From the human T2T-CHM13v2.0 reference genome, Homo sapiens: a DNA stretch of 64,000 nt. The DNA lies in the NCBI RefSeq assembly GCF_009914755.1, contig NC_060930.1. The stretch is one strand, 5' to 3'. The notes beneath the pieces were generated by a model. The model saw only the letters and a program-made list of their open reading frames with translations. It was not told where the DNA came from and made no database searches. How positions within the stretch are numbered: position 1 is the first letter of the stretch; each line of letters opens with the position of its first letter. The position numbers were made by a program, and so were the translations under genes. This document shows, one piece after another, positions 1-17,941 of this stretch.

Positions 1-249
1 GTGTATATTTCCTTTAGAAATTGAATAGAATTTTCCAGAATCTCTTCTCAATGATATTTCTGCTCCAACCCTGAAAAATAAAACCAGAGCTGTGTCCCCT
101 CTGTTATCTCATAGCACCTTAAGCATATCTTTGTCATTGTACTTACCACTTCAAAATGAAATTGTCTGCTTAAGTAAACTCTGTAGACTTGCTTTTGCTG
201 AACTGGGGTTTGGTTTTCAAGCCATCAGCCCATACTGAGATATAATATA

Positions 250-1693
250 ATAAAATGTAAGAGCTGAAACTATAAAAATACTAGAGGAAAACTTAGTGAA
301 AACTCTTCTGGATATTGCTCTAGGCAAAGAATTCATGAGTAAGACAAGAGCACAAGCAACAAAAACAAAGCAGGCAAACGGGGCTTAATTAAACAAAAGC
401 TTCTGCACAGCAAAAGAAATAATCAACACAGCGAACAGCCTCCAGAAAGGAGAAAATATTTGCAAACAATGTATCCAGCAGGGGGCAAATATCCAGAATA
501 TATAAGGAACTCAAATAACTCAACAACAGCAAAACAAATAACCTCATTAAAAAGTGGGCAAAGGACATGAATAGACATTTTTCAAAAGAACACATACAAA
601 TGGCCAACAAACATATGAAAAAATGCTCAACATCACTAATCATCAGAGAAATGCAAATTAAAACCACAATGAGAATCTATCGTACATTAGTCAGAATAGC
701 TATTATTAAAACGTCAAGGCAGGGTGTGGTGGCTCATGCCTGTAATCCCAGCATTTTGGGAGGCCAAGGCAGATGGATCACTTAGTGCCAGGAGTTCAAG
801 ACCAGCCTAGCCAACATGGTGAAACCCCATCTCTACCAAAAATACAAAAAATTAGTTGGGTGTGTTGGCACATGTCTGTAATCCCAGCTACTCAGGAGGC
901 TGAAGCATGAGAATTGCTTGAACCCAGGAGGCAGAGGTGGCAGTGAGCTGACCCAGTACCATTGCACTCCAGTCTGGGAGATAAAGTGAGACTCTCTCTT
1001 TAAAAAAAAGTAAAAAAAAAAAAAAAAAACAGATGTTGGCAAGGATGTGGAGAAAAAGGAATACTTATACACTGTTGGTGGGAATGTAAATTAGTACAAC
1101 CTCTATAGAAAATAGTATGAAGATTTCTCAAGGAACTAAAAATAGAATTACCATTAGATCCAGCAATCCCACTGGGTGTCTACCCAATGAAAAGGAAATC
1201 ATCATATCATAAAGATACCACACTCATTTGTTTATCACAACACTGTTTACAATAGCAAAGATATGGAATCAACCCAAAGTCCATCAATGGATGAATAGAT
1301 AAAGAAAAAATTTTATATGTATAATCTACTCAGCCATAACAAAGAATGAAACAGGTCTTTTGCAGCCACACGCCTGGAACTAGAGGACATTATCTTAAAT
1401 AACTCAGAAACAGAAAACCAAATACTGCATATCATCACTTATAAGCGAGAACTAAATAATGTGTCCACATGGGCAGAGTGTGGAATGATAGACATTGGAA
1501 ACTCAGAAGGGTGGGAAGGTGGGAAAGGCATAGGTGATGAGAAATTACTTAATGGGTAAAATGTACATTATTTAGGTGATGGAATAATAAACAATAAAAA
1601 CCCAGACTTCACCATTACTCAATATATTCATATAATACAATTGCATTTCTATCCCTTACATTTACACCAAAAAAAGAGGTCAAAAGAAAAAAA
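250..1693 (+). mobile_element. Old L1 3' fragment (L1PB/L1MA-type), interrupted by an Alu
   Basis: Degenerate ORF2 C-terminus ([36 protein letters not shown]), L1 3'UTR, A-rich tail. Confidence 0.85.
718..1029 (+). mobile_element. Alu (AluS-type) inserted in L1
   Basis: Dimeric Alu with A tail; L1 sequence resumes at 1030. Confidence 0.93.
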
Positions 1694-1766
1694 ATAGCCC
1701 CACAACATTTACCATAAGGATAGTGTTGAAAATGTCCTTCAGTATATCACATAGTATTTGCATTTG

Positions 1767-2118
<352 letters not shown>

Positions 2119-2177
2119 TTACGTTAGGAATAGGTATGCTTTTCCTGAGCATTTGGTCTGTTTTTATCTGGTGGAAC

Positions 2178-2670
2178 TGAAACCACCCCAGTTGTCCCAT
2201 GGAACAGATGTTTATGGTTTCTTTGAATAAACATAAAAATTAATCTCCCTTAAAACTTGAGAAAGTTAACATTTGTCTTATCTGAGTTCCTTTCTCGGGA
2301 AACCAACCATGAGGACTGCCAGATAGTATCAAGGAACTGAAACTTACCAGATCACCACGTCTGGACAATGAGACACAGGACCCTTCACCCATCATCATTG
2401 GCCTAACTGACCACTTGCTTCCTGTGAACAGCTCCTTTTTCTCATCCCTCCCTAATTCCTGTTTTCCCACACATGGTTAAAATTCTTTCCTGCTGTATAA
2501 ACCCCTAATTTTAGTCAGTCAGAGAGATGGATTTGAGACTGATCTCCCATCTTCTTGACCATAGCACCTAATTAAAGCCTTCTTCCCTGGCAGTACTCAT
2601 TGTCTCAGTGATTCAGTTTCTGTGTCACGAGCAGCAAGACCTAGACTGAAACCCCGGTGTTTTGGTAACA
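2178..2670 (+). mobile_element. Solo ERV1 LTR (LTR54-like)
   Basis: TGAAAC...GGTAACA termini, 4-bp TSD GAAC (2174-2177, 2671-2674), internal TATAAA and ATTAAA. Confidence 0.8.
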
Positions 2671-3587
2671 GAACTTGTGGATTGTCTCTCCCTTGACAGA
2701 GATTACCAAAAAGCTTAGATCCAAATTCTTGGTGGATCCTTAGCAAATACATGCAGGTCTTCATTGCGTTTATTTTGTGTATTACCCTGCCTCTAGTCTA
2801 TGATCCCATCATTGCTTTCCCTTTGCCTTTCTCACTTGTTTCTAATGGACTTGTTTCTATTCTAATATTGTACCTCTTTTTGTTCCCCTCTGTAAATCCT
2901 TTTGAAGAAAGGCATGAGAATAAAGATGTATCTGTATCTTTCTCTCACCAGGCTATGAGCTCCTTGAGAATGTCCTGGGGTTGTTTCTCTATCATTTTGC
3001 ACTTGGATGTGGCACAGACTTCACCGTATGTTCAGTAAATATTTTTGAAAGTAAACTAAATGAAGTTGCCATTGAAAAATAAAAAGAAATCATCTGGTAA
3101 TTTGAGCAATGCCAGTTTTCTATTTCATGGTAAGACAAAAGGAAAAGACTGAGAATCCAATTGTCACCTACAAACAAGAAGGCAGAAGATATTCCTTATC
3201 TAAGTCAAGGATAAATAGATGACCTTAAAAAAGTTCCTTGTTTTTTTAACCTGTTGATGGTGTAACCATGACAATGTTGTGGCTTATAAACCAAGAAAAA
3301 TGAAAGATGCTTGTAATCCATCTATCACAGAGCTTTGCACATAGTTGATACTGGATAAATACATGTTGAACCCAGTTTCTCTGAATACTAGTTTGAGAAA
3401 TAGAGTCATTTAGAACGCTTGGCAGGAAATATCTGGTACTTATTTTTCCTCAGATTGAAATCTAAAAACATCTCAGGAAACCATTGAACTCAGGATTGTT
3501 AACTTGAACCAGAGTCATACAAAAGACATCTAGCTCACTGGGCAATGCTTTTTAATGACAGAATGCCCTATTTCACCTAGAACTTTC

Positions 3588-7041
<3,454 letters not shown>

Positions 7042-7889
7042 TTCACCTAGAACTTTCAAGTCTTGATTCATAGTAGATTAATTTTGTCCTTTAAAAGAGA
7101 ACAAACCAACATAGCAAATATTGGGTTATTTTTTCCACTTATAGGCTTTACTAGAATAGAAAATGCTAGCAATTTATTTGTGGGTACTGAAACTTATGGT
7201 ATGATCTAAACAGAATAAGATGGTGGGATGGCTTTTCTTTAAGATCAAATTTTTGTCTTTAAGTCCTATGATTTTTTTTTCCCTTTAAAATGTCTCCTAT
7301 AGTGATCCTTTTCCTCGGTTCTCCTTTTAACTCCCTAACTGCAAATTCTCATCGTCTCATCCCAACGATGATACAATATATTTTCGGCTGGCTTCCTTGT
7401 CACCGCTTTTCCTATCAAATGTATCCTGAATGTTACTATCAGAGTATTCTTCCAAAACGATGTTTTCATCACATCATTCTTATCTAGTAACTTACAATAA
7501 CTTCTTAGAGCTGGACAAATCAACTTCAAACTTGGGCAAGGCATTGCCTCTCATAGTCTCCTCCCCACCGGCTCCCAGCTTTGTACACCAGAGTGCGCTC
7601 TGTTGCAATCTTAGCATCCTGCATGGGTCCCTGGTACAAACTGTCCCTTTAAGGTATCTGTATCTGCATGCAACAGGAAGTGGGGTGTGGTTTGTTCTGG
7701 GATGAGACTACAGTTGTATGCTGAAAAGAGTTTATCCTTGACCTAGAACTAGTACTGCTTTTAGAAAAAAAAATCTTGTTTACCGTTAAAAAGGAGAAAG
7801 TTAAATAGCACTTACAGTTAAAAAGAAAAAAAGGCAAATAGCAACAGACAAAGAATATAAAATGTAAATGCTCCTGGTAATAACAACCA

Positions 7890-8060
7890 CTATTTATTGA
7901 GAGCTTACTATGCGCTAGGCCCTACACATACATTATGAGTCTTAACTCTGAAATAGATACCATTATCCCCATTTCACAAATATCTTGTCCAAGATCACAC
8001 AGCTAGCAAGCCAAAACTGCAACTCGGAAAGTCTGGCTCCGTACACACGCCCCTAACCAC
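7890..8060 (-). mobile_element. MIR fragment
   Basis: TATTTATTGAG..., ATTATCCCCATTT, CCAAGATCACACAGCTAG core. Confidence 0.65.
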
Positions 8061-8196
8061 AAAACTATAATAACTCTTCATTGGATCTAAAGCTGGCATC
8101 TACCCTGAAACCTGAGAAGTGCCTGCTCTAGGAAATAACAAATGTTTTCTGCTTATATGCTAGAAGGAATTTCCTCTATCTTGAAGGGAAAGGTTT

Positions 8197-8227
<31 letters not shown>

Positions 8228-8724
8228 AACAAATGCACACTGTAGTGTAGGTCCAAACAATACACAGTGGTACTCTTATCACCCTGGCTTCCACTTTTGA
8301 GCAGCTCCTTTAGGTATTGATCAGGTGTTTCCTCTTACAAAGAAACCCCACAGATTACCAAGGGCAATGTTTTAACCCAAACCAGACCATGGGCCACAAT
8401 ATTACAAATTGGAGAGTGTGGTAGGATTGGTTTGGAGTAGAGTCCATGCTGTGATCCTCTGTGGGAGACTGTTGGCTAAACCCAACTTGGCAACTTTAAT
8501 GGTGCAAAAAAATGGCCCAAACCAGGAAGGCTGCAGAATCAGTATGTCAGCACTTAAAATAGAATTTTCTAGTAGAAATGTTAACACAATATAGAAGTAG
8601 AGAACTATGACTAGGTGATCAACAGCATATAGGAAGTGGCCATACCTAGAATTTCAGGCATAAGAAGATCTTGTACATGGGATGTTGCCTCCGTTGCCTA
8701 CTATAATATAACAATTTAATCATT

Positions 8725-8900
8725 TCCCATTGGCTCATAAGAGCTGGTTGTGCACATCTCTTCCCAACCTTGAGTTCAGTGGCTTGTGCTGATAACCTAA
8801 AACTGGCCACAGTAGGAGTATTTATACCATGGGCAACTAGAAATGCTACAAATCAGAGTTCCCTCCCACATCCCTTCCCAGCCAGTTTAGCAACAGCACA
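8725..8900. mobile_element. MER63-like hAT DNA transposon relic
   Basis: TTGTGCACATCTCTTCCCAAC...GGAGTATTTATACCA...AAATGCTACAAATCAG. Confidence 0.55.
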
Positions 8901-9041
8901 GCACTAAAACTACCCCAAGAGTTGCTTAAAACAGCAACTATTTATTATTTCTCACAATTCTGTGGGTTGACTAGGCTCATCCGGGCAATCTGTTCCATGT
9001 GGTAAAGCTGTGGTGACTCATACAGCTATATTCAGCTAAGA

Positions 9042-9229
9042 TAGGATTTCTCAGGCTTGGCACTAGATTCGGGGCTGGATAATTGTTTGTTGTTGCGTCC
9101 TGTGCATTGCAGGCTGTTGAGCAGCATCTCTGGCCTCAACCTACTAGATGCTAGAAGTGACAACCAAAAATATCCCTGGACATTGCTAAATGTCCCTGAA
9201 GGCAAAATTGCCAGGGGTTGAGAACCACG
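9042..9229. mobile_element. MER20 (hAT-Charlie)
   Basis: GTCCTGTGCATTG..AGCAGCATC..GACATTGCTAAATGTCCC..GGTTGAGAACCAC. Confidence 0.7.
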
Positions 9230-9297
9230 AAGCTAAGAGCTTGGCTGGGGCTGGAACACAAGTATCCTTTCTCATCTTCCACATGTCCATGATCTTT

Positions 9298-9716
9298 TAT
9301 TAAAGAAAAATGTTATTCATGACATTTGTTACAGATGGTAATGCAAACTTTTCAGGGGAACTACTACCATGGAGTTTTGTATTAGGAGAGAGAGATTGGG
9401 CTCAACTCCAAATACAACAAGGAAAAGTGGGGATTTGTAGCCAAGGAGCAGGGGTGGGAGTCAGTGGATAGACAGTTACTAAGAGGAAACATCAAGGTTA
9501 GGGGGATTGTGGCCAAACTGACTTGAGAGGATTCTTGCTGAAGGCAGGCCAGGCTGATCTCATACGGAAAGTTGGGGATTTTTATGAAATTGACCCAGCA
9601 AGATTCTTGCTAAAACGGAACTAAGCAGGCCAAGGACGAGGCAAGGTTGGGGCCTAGTCAAAAAGAGGAATCAGAGGGGCCTGACTCAAGTTTGGTCAAG
9701 GACGGAGTCTTTGTCA
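9298..9716 (-). mobile_element. Solo LTR (MER31-like)
   Basis: Reverse strand begins TGACAAAGACTC..CCTTGACCAAACTT; internal repeat AGGATTCTTGCT. Confidence 0.65.
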
Positions 9717-10352
9717 CCCTCTCCATGTGGCCTCTCATCATTCCATAGTCTGGCTCAAGTTTCTTTGCAGCATGGTGGCTGGCTTTTGGGAGAGCAAAAG
9801 CAAATTTAGGGTCCAGACTAGAGCAATTGCACTTTTGCTGCATTTCTAATTGGTCAAAGCAAGTCACAAGGCCAGGTTAGATTTAAGGGGAAGGCAAACA
9901 GACTCCACCTTTTGAAGAGAGGAGTAGCACATTTGTGTTCATCTTTAATCCATGCAGTGCTATGTTTGCATTTAAGGACTTAGAACAAATATTCTGCAGG
10001 AGGAAAGGAAATCTTAAGACAAAATTCTATTCGAGATTGATTGAAATGAACTCCAGAACCATACATAGCAGTACTTATTACTGGACTAAATGTGAAACTG
10101 ATTGTTCATGTGATGGTAAATTTTTGTTACCTATAACAATTACAGCATATTTGAAGTTTCTTAAAATGGAAGCAATACCATGAATGTTCAACTGTTTACA
10201 TCATTTAGAATTAGTACTTAATGTATTATATCTTCTGACAGTTTCCGTTTTATAGTTTTGAAGATATTTCCCAAGAAGTTTTCTAAAGAACTGGTTGTTT
10301 ACAAGAGGGATCCAGTATCTGCCTTTTCACCATTGTATCAATACTCACCTGA

Positions 10353-10697
<345 letters not shown>

Positions 10698-11424
10698 AGA
10701 AGTAGATTTTTGTTGTTGTTGTTCCAAGGCATTATTTCCCCTAAAAATATTCAGCAGGACTCTACTTCCGCAGAATGTTAATAAGCATTACATGTAAAAG
10801 GATTTATAGGTTATATACATTTGGGAAATTCTAAGTTGAGAGTAAACAGGTTTCTTTACTGCTGGACTTTTAGGATCTTTACTATGCTAATATATATTGT
10901 GACTCATACAATATACAGTGTTTCCTAGACTTATTTTACCACAGAAATAGAGGCACGTCTTATATAACTAGTGTTCCTCAGGATATTCTTGGTAGAAATC
11001 ATTCCAAGTAGAAATAAAGGAGGAAGCTGAATCTTGAGAGAAAATTCTAGCCAAGATCAATCAAAATTAACTCCAGAAACAAGCAGAGCAGTAGCCTTAG
11101 CACTTAGAAAAAAAATAGGTGTTCTTGAAATAGATCCTCAGATCCAACAATGAACTAACTACACTGATTGTGTTTGTTCTAAAAGTCAATAGTTCTTTAA
11201 CTACAGAGGCCTGAAACACTTAAGCCAAAGATCTTTTGCAAAAGTTATTGTAAATTCATGAAATTTTATCATCCAAGATCATCAAAGATTCATTAGTTGA
11301 AACAGCACTGTGGAAAGGAAGAACTGGAATAAGGTCTTAATTTTTCCATGCTTTTTATCTTATAAACTAAACTCGAAGCCCTTGAAAATGAGAACTTAGA
11401 GTGCAAGCAGTATATGAAGATATT

Positions 11425-12232
<808 letters not shown>

Positions 12233-12832
12233 AGCGCCATATTAAAAGAGGCATTTAGAGAGGGCCAATGTTGTATTATCTAAGTCAAATCTTGCAGACA
12301 GCCTTCAGAAGCACTGTGGTTAAGTCAAGCTTTAGAATGGCAGAATAGAAAAGTGCTGATTTTAATTGGGCATAAACATAGGGGATATTGATAAAAACTA
12401 GATGACAAAAATCTTTGAGATTTCAGTGACACTCCAGAGGAGATATCAGAAATACAAGGTGTAGAAATGGATAATTCCATGGCCACTGCAATTGCTGATG
12501 AAGGTATTGCTATTATAGGGGTTCTTGTTATACAAATCTAGACCAAACTGAGCCATCCCTTTTTGGTTTAAATATTATGCTAGCTGAACATAAAAATGTG
12601 GTTTTAGAAGAATTCTTTTTTTCTTCATGAGATCTGGCTCAAATTATTCTTTTAGGTGCTCCTCTCCATTCTCTTTTATTGAATGAATATGTATTAAACA
12701 CTTAACTATATGCCAGGCCCTGTTTTAGGTACAGAAGATTAACAGAGAAATCCTCACCCTCTTGAAACTTGCATTCTAGTGTGGAAGGACAGACAGTAAA
12801 CAAAGTTAATAAACATAAAAATAAATCTCTTA

Positions 12833-13155
<323 letters not shown>

Positions 13156-14381
13156 TCATGAAGGAAACGTTCTTTCGGGTTTACTGGGGCCTAAGATAGT
13201 ATTGATGCTGAACTGGGACAATAGTATGAGCAAGGAAGGCACAGAGGTTTGAGTAAGCAGCAAGTTCAGGGATCACTGAAAAAAATTCTGACCCTTTTTT
13301 ATGACTGCTTTTATAGATTATGAAAATAATGTAAAAGTCACAACTAAAGGATGGAAAAGAGATTTTAAGGGCAAATATTTGAGAAAAATATTAATATTGG
13401 TAATCGGGAACAGCCTAAAGGGAGAGTAGATCTATGGAATTTATTAATCAATATTATTATTTGCTTTAATATTCCATTTTTTCAAAGTTTTTATAATCAC
13501 AATTGTCATTATTCCTCAAAGAAAACCTGTGGCCATAGGAAAGGCTATTTGCAGAAGAAAAAACTGATGCATGAAGACAATGCATTGCTCCAGGTGTATT
13601 TATTTGAAGTGACTTTTTAGCAGATCAGGCTTTAGTACCTTTTAGCTTATGTTTCAATTGTGGACATATTCTTGCGTGCATTACTGTGTTATCTGCAGAA
13701 TTCCTTCTGAGTTCCAATATGATTTTTTCGATCAAGGTGTATTTGGATATTTGGCTTCTTACCTATGTTCTAAGTTTTCAATTATCCTTAACACATATAT
13801 TTTGTACTTTAAACCTAACCAAACTTAGCTGACCCCAAGAGCTCAGAAGACAGCCACAAAATGTCAAATGAACAAAATTAGGGCACTGAAACAATGACTG
13901 CTTATTCCAGTTCAGCCTGAAGATTAGCCCACCCCTTTCTTAAGGGTGTAAATTGTTTGCTTTTGATGCCCTTGATTTGTTGCTGTGCTTTATTTTGTTT
14001 TCGCAGAGAAGTGAGCAATAGGGTGGGTGAGGTTTGGGGGAAGGAAACCTAGGATAGAGGTATAATTTTTTTGAAGTTTATATCAGAGCATGAGTTGATC
14101 AGGGAAATTGAAGAATGAGAAGGCAAGTGTAGATGTACAGAACAGAGTGGCTTCCTCAGTTCCTTGGAGTTCTTTATACTTCTGGAAGTTTCTAAGGGGA
14201 ATGTTCCATTGTACCATCTGCCACCTTTTGTCTTTTGGTATGCTGTCTCTCTCTCTCACCTTCAGAAATGGTGGGAAAACGGCTAGGACAGCAGGATAGA
14301 ACGTAGGAAATGGAGTCCTTTAACTTCACCTACATTTTGTTCCTAACATCTTGATTTTAGTATATTGTCTTTGTAGCAATA

Positions 14382-14421
14382 AAATTTGGTGCAGAGGAAC
14401 TATTGCCTCTGCACCAAATTT
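14382..14421. repeat. Perfect 16-bp inverted repeat, 8-nt spacer
   Basis: AAATTTGGTGCAGAGG-AACTATTG-CCTCTGCACCAAATTT. Confidence 0.95.
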
Positions 14422-15632
14422 GACTAAGGCTAAAAATAGATTAGCGAGGTTGAGCATGGAAGAAGTGGCAAGCTTCTCCTTCCTCCTTTTCATTTTGTTT
14501 CAGTTTGAATAGAAGGAGGTAGCTCACACAATTAACCAGAACAGCAACTGGCTGGATGTCTGGGTGCTTTGAGCCAATTAGGATATTTTTGTGGAAAGTT
14601 TCCAATTCTTAATTCTCAGTTATGTAGAGGTGGGAGGCAGCTGGTGTGAATGTCTGTCTGCAGGGTACATGCATACTAACTCTGATCCAATATGGCATGA
14701 CAGCAATGTGCTTATTCAAGAAAATAATTATCTCAATTTTCTTGTACTCTAACCTAAAATGTCTTCGCCTTCACGACTTAAAAAAACAAAACAAAAAACC
14801 AGAAAAAAAAAAAGAAACGCCAAAGCTAACATCACCCACATATTTTGAGACCTCTAGTGGTATCAATAATGAAATTAAGCTAAGTCTGAATGGGCAACAG
14901 TAATTCATTATCTTCCTCCACGGACCCACTGCCCTCCCCGGGAAGTCTCCCTTTAATTAACTACCGTCATCATTTCTTCTGATTTTCAGAATTTCTTGAC
15001 TTCACTCTCTCTTTCATCCCTCATTTTTGGTGTCCAAGTGGCCACCAAAGCAATATCCCAGTGTGTAAGCTGCTATGGTGAGGAAGGTGCAGGGAGTATC
15101 TGGGGACAAGTCTAGTTTTGGGTTGTCACAGATTTCCTAGAGAATTGATGATTTAGCTGAGACTTTAAGGTTCAGAATAATGTAGCCAGAAGAAGAGTGC
15201 TTTAGGTATCTTCCATGCAACAAATTTTTATTGAATACTTACTGTGGGTCAAGGTTTATGCCAGACTCTGTAGCGTTAGAAAGCTAGGCACAATCCCTGC
15301 TCTCTTAGCACCTAGGGGATTTCAAGGTTGGGGAGAAATAGACATGAAAATATAAGCACAAAATATCTATCTATCAATAGGGCCTTCTAAAGGGTCACTA
15401 TCCTCTAATACATATTAGGGAATTTAAAATTTCAACTTTTTTTTTCTACTAAAGAGTCCAACCAGCAATTTCCCCTGAGTATCCAGTGCTTGCTCCTTCT
15501 TGCCGTTCCAGGCTCTGTTATGCATTCTGCTATGGTTGCCCAGAGCTCGCAATCAGAATCTCCTCTCCATTACCTGAATGTGGGGGAGAGTATTGTTTCT
15601 TGTACTTTCCTGTCTATCTGTATAGTTCACAA

Positions 15633-16230
15633 TGAGGCAGAGAACAGAGTCTGGAGGCAGGGAACCTAAGGGCGTTTCACCCCACTTCCTAAACTAAATT
15701 GAAAGGAAAACCCTAACTTTCCACACCTGAGTAACAAAAGGACCAGAAGCTGCTCCCTTTGCAAACCCTCACCTTTTCTGCGTGGCAGATGGGAAACTGG
15801 CTGTCAGCAACCAATGAGACTGATTGCGGGTGGAGTCTTTGCATAGAAGTGCAACTTTGTAACTTCACCTTAGCCTCTGATTGGTTGCTTTTTAAACAGA
15901 AGTGTGCAAAAAGTGTGATTGCACAGAAGTGTGACCTTTGTTAACTCCACTTCAGCCTCTGATTGGTTGACGAAAGCAACCAATCAGACTAATTGTGCGT
16001 CACCACTTCATTTACATGAGAAACCTCCAGGGGGTATTTGGACCTCAGAAGATTCTGCATCCGGAACCTTGAGCCACCGCTGGGGCCGCTTCCATACTGT
16101 GGAGTGTACTTTCATTCTCAATAAATCCCTGCTTTCTTCTTTCCTTGCTTTGCTGGGCGTTTGGTCCAATTGTTTGTTCAAAATGCCAAGAACTTGGACG
16201 ACTTGCAGTCAAGACCCTCTAATGGTAACA
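15633..16230 (+). mobile_element. Solo ERV1 LTR (MER51-type)
   Basis: TGAGGCAG..GTCTGGAGGCAGGGAACCTAAGG start, GGTAACA end, 4-bp TSD ACAA, AATAAA 16120. Confidence 0.85.
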
Positions 16231-16934
16231 ACAACACCGTGACAGAGCTTTTACTAAAGGGCTGAATTAAAGATTACACTATAAAAGGGGAACACTGTAA
16301 AGCTGTCAGCTAAACTAGTCTTTCCTCCACAGTTCGTGAGGAAGGAACCTAATTTATACATTCAACAAATTTATGCCAGCTGTTCTCTGATGTGCCCAAG
16401 GCAGATAAAATCTATCCATGGAGGTTTCATTTCAGTGAGAGGGAGATATACAAGAAATAAGTAAACACCTACATTGCCAACATAATTAGAGATGGAGGAG
16501 GAAAATAACAGGGTGGAACTTCTGACAGCTCTCCTGGGAAGGTCTCTGTGGAAGTGATGTATTTGAGCTGAGACCTGAAGGAAGGGAAGGAGTTGGCCGA
16601 AAAGGTAGAATAGAATTGCAGAAAGAGATCAAGGGGAGCTCTTCCCAGGGGTCCCCTGCCCTCATATTGCCTGTCTTCACTGGTGTCACCTAATCTCCTA
16701 CTGCTCATAACCTGGCTACCTATCTTTCACTATCTTTCAGGACAACTCAGCCCTATGCATAGGGATGGGTTCCCCCCAAGCAGGGACTGCTTCAGAGTCC
16801 AGGCAACATCTAGTTACATCCCTGGATGATGGGTCTTGTTTGAGTGAATTGTTTTCACCACCAGACTGTGAAGGCTTCCCATTCAGGACCCTGGTGTTCA
16901 TCCCCATTGTCTGGGAACTCTACCCTGTTTCTTT

Positions 16935-17231
16935 CTTTCTTTTTTTTTTTTTTTTTTTTTTTTTGAGACAGAGTCTCGCTCTGTTGCTCAAGCTGGAGTG
17001 CAGTGGCGCGATCTCGGATCCCAGGTTCAAGTGATTCTCCTGCCTCAGCTTCCCGAGTTTCTGGGACTACAGGCGCACGCCACCACGCCCAGCTAATTTT
17101 TTTTTGTATTTTTAGTAGAGACAGGGTTTCACCACGTTGGCCAGGATGGTCTCGATCTCTTGACCTCGTGATACACCCGCCTCGGCCTCCCAAAGTGCTG
17201 GGATTACAGGCATAAGCCACCGCGCCCGGTC
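16935..17231 (-). mobile_element. Alu with a ~18-bp right-arm deletion
   Basis: TSD CCCTGTTTCTTT (16923, 17232). Confidence 0.93.
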
Positions 17232-17484
17232 CCCTGTTTCTTTAATTACTGTTACTGAAAGGCATAGCCTTTGAATGAGTTATTAATCCAAAATCTTTTG
17301 TTTTCCATTCTTGCTCTAGTCACAGCTTATTTTTCCAGACCATACTGTTCTAAGCCTCAATTACATTAAGGCCAGGAGGCCACCGAAGAACTCCACATGC
17401 CACTGCACTGGCGGGTGGAGCAAGTCAAGCAGGGCAGCTCATGAACGCCCGGGAGTCCAGGAGGCCCGGGTGGGGACGCCTGGA

Positions 17485-17597
17485 TGACGTCACTCGAGGT
17501 GGGCAGGCCCCGCGCGGGGCGTGACGTCACGCGGGCGGTCCCGTCAGCCGTGAGGTCACCTGGTGGGCGCGGCCAGGCCGAATCCCCAGTGTCGTCA
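17485..17597. promoter_or_regulatory. CRE/ATF site cluster
   Basis: Full TGACGTCA at 17485-17492 and 17522-17529; CGTCA half sites 17542 and 17593; TGAGGTCA 17551. Confidence 0.75.
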
Positions 17598-17778
17598 CGG
17601 GAGGGGGCGGGCCCAGAGCGTGTCAGTGCAGCCGAATCAAAACAAGCCGGAGACCCGCCTTTTCCCTCCGGCTCGGGAGCGTCTCGCTTGCGCCCCGGGC
17701 CCGCGGCGCCCGCGCGGCTGCGAGCCTCGGGTGGCCGCGTGCCGGCTCCAGGAAGCCGGAGAGGGCGCGGCGGCCAGG

Positions 17779-17805
17779 ATGGCGCGGCACGGGCCGTGCG
17801 GCTAG
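17779..17805 (+). other. Upstream ORF in the HECA 5'UTR (MARHGPCG*)
   Basis: AGGATGG strong Kozak context; TAG 17803-17805; requires a TSS upstream of 17779. Confidence 0.65.
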
Positions 17806-17941
17806 ACGGGAGCCGAGGGAACCGCCGGCTCGCGCCCTCCGTTCTTTCCCGGAGCCGGCTTCACGCAGGGCCGGGAACGGCCGTGCCTCTGGGATCCGCC
17901 TTCGCTGACGCCGGGCACCTACCTGGACGCGAGCGAGCGAG

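Larger units (their letters stand above)
8905..9935 (-). mobile_element. Old MLT1 (MaLR) LTR split into three pieces by later insertions
   Basis: GCTTAAAACAGCAACTATTTATTATTTCTCACAATTCTGTGGGT start and TTGGTCAAAGCAAGTCACAAGGCC...AGACTCCACCT end. Confidence 0.6.
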
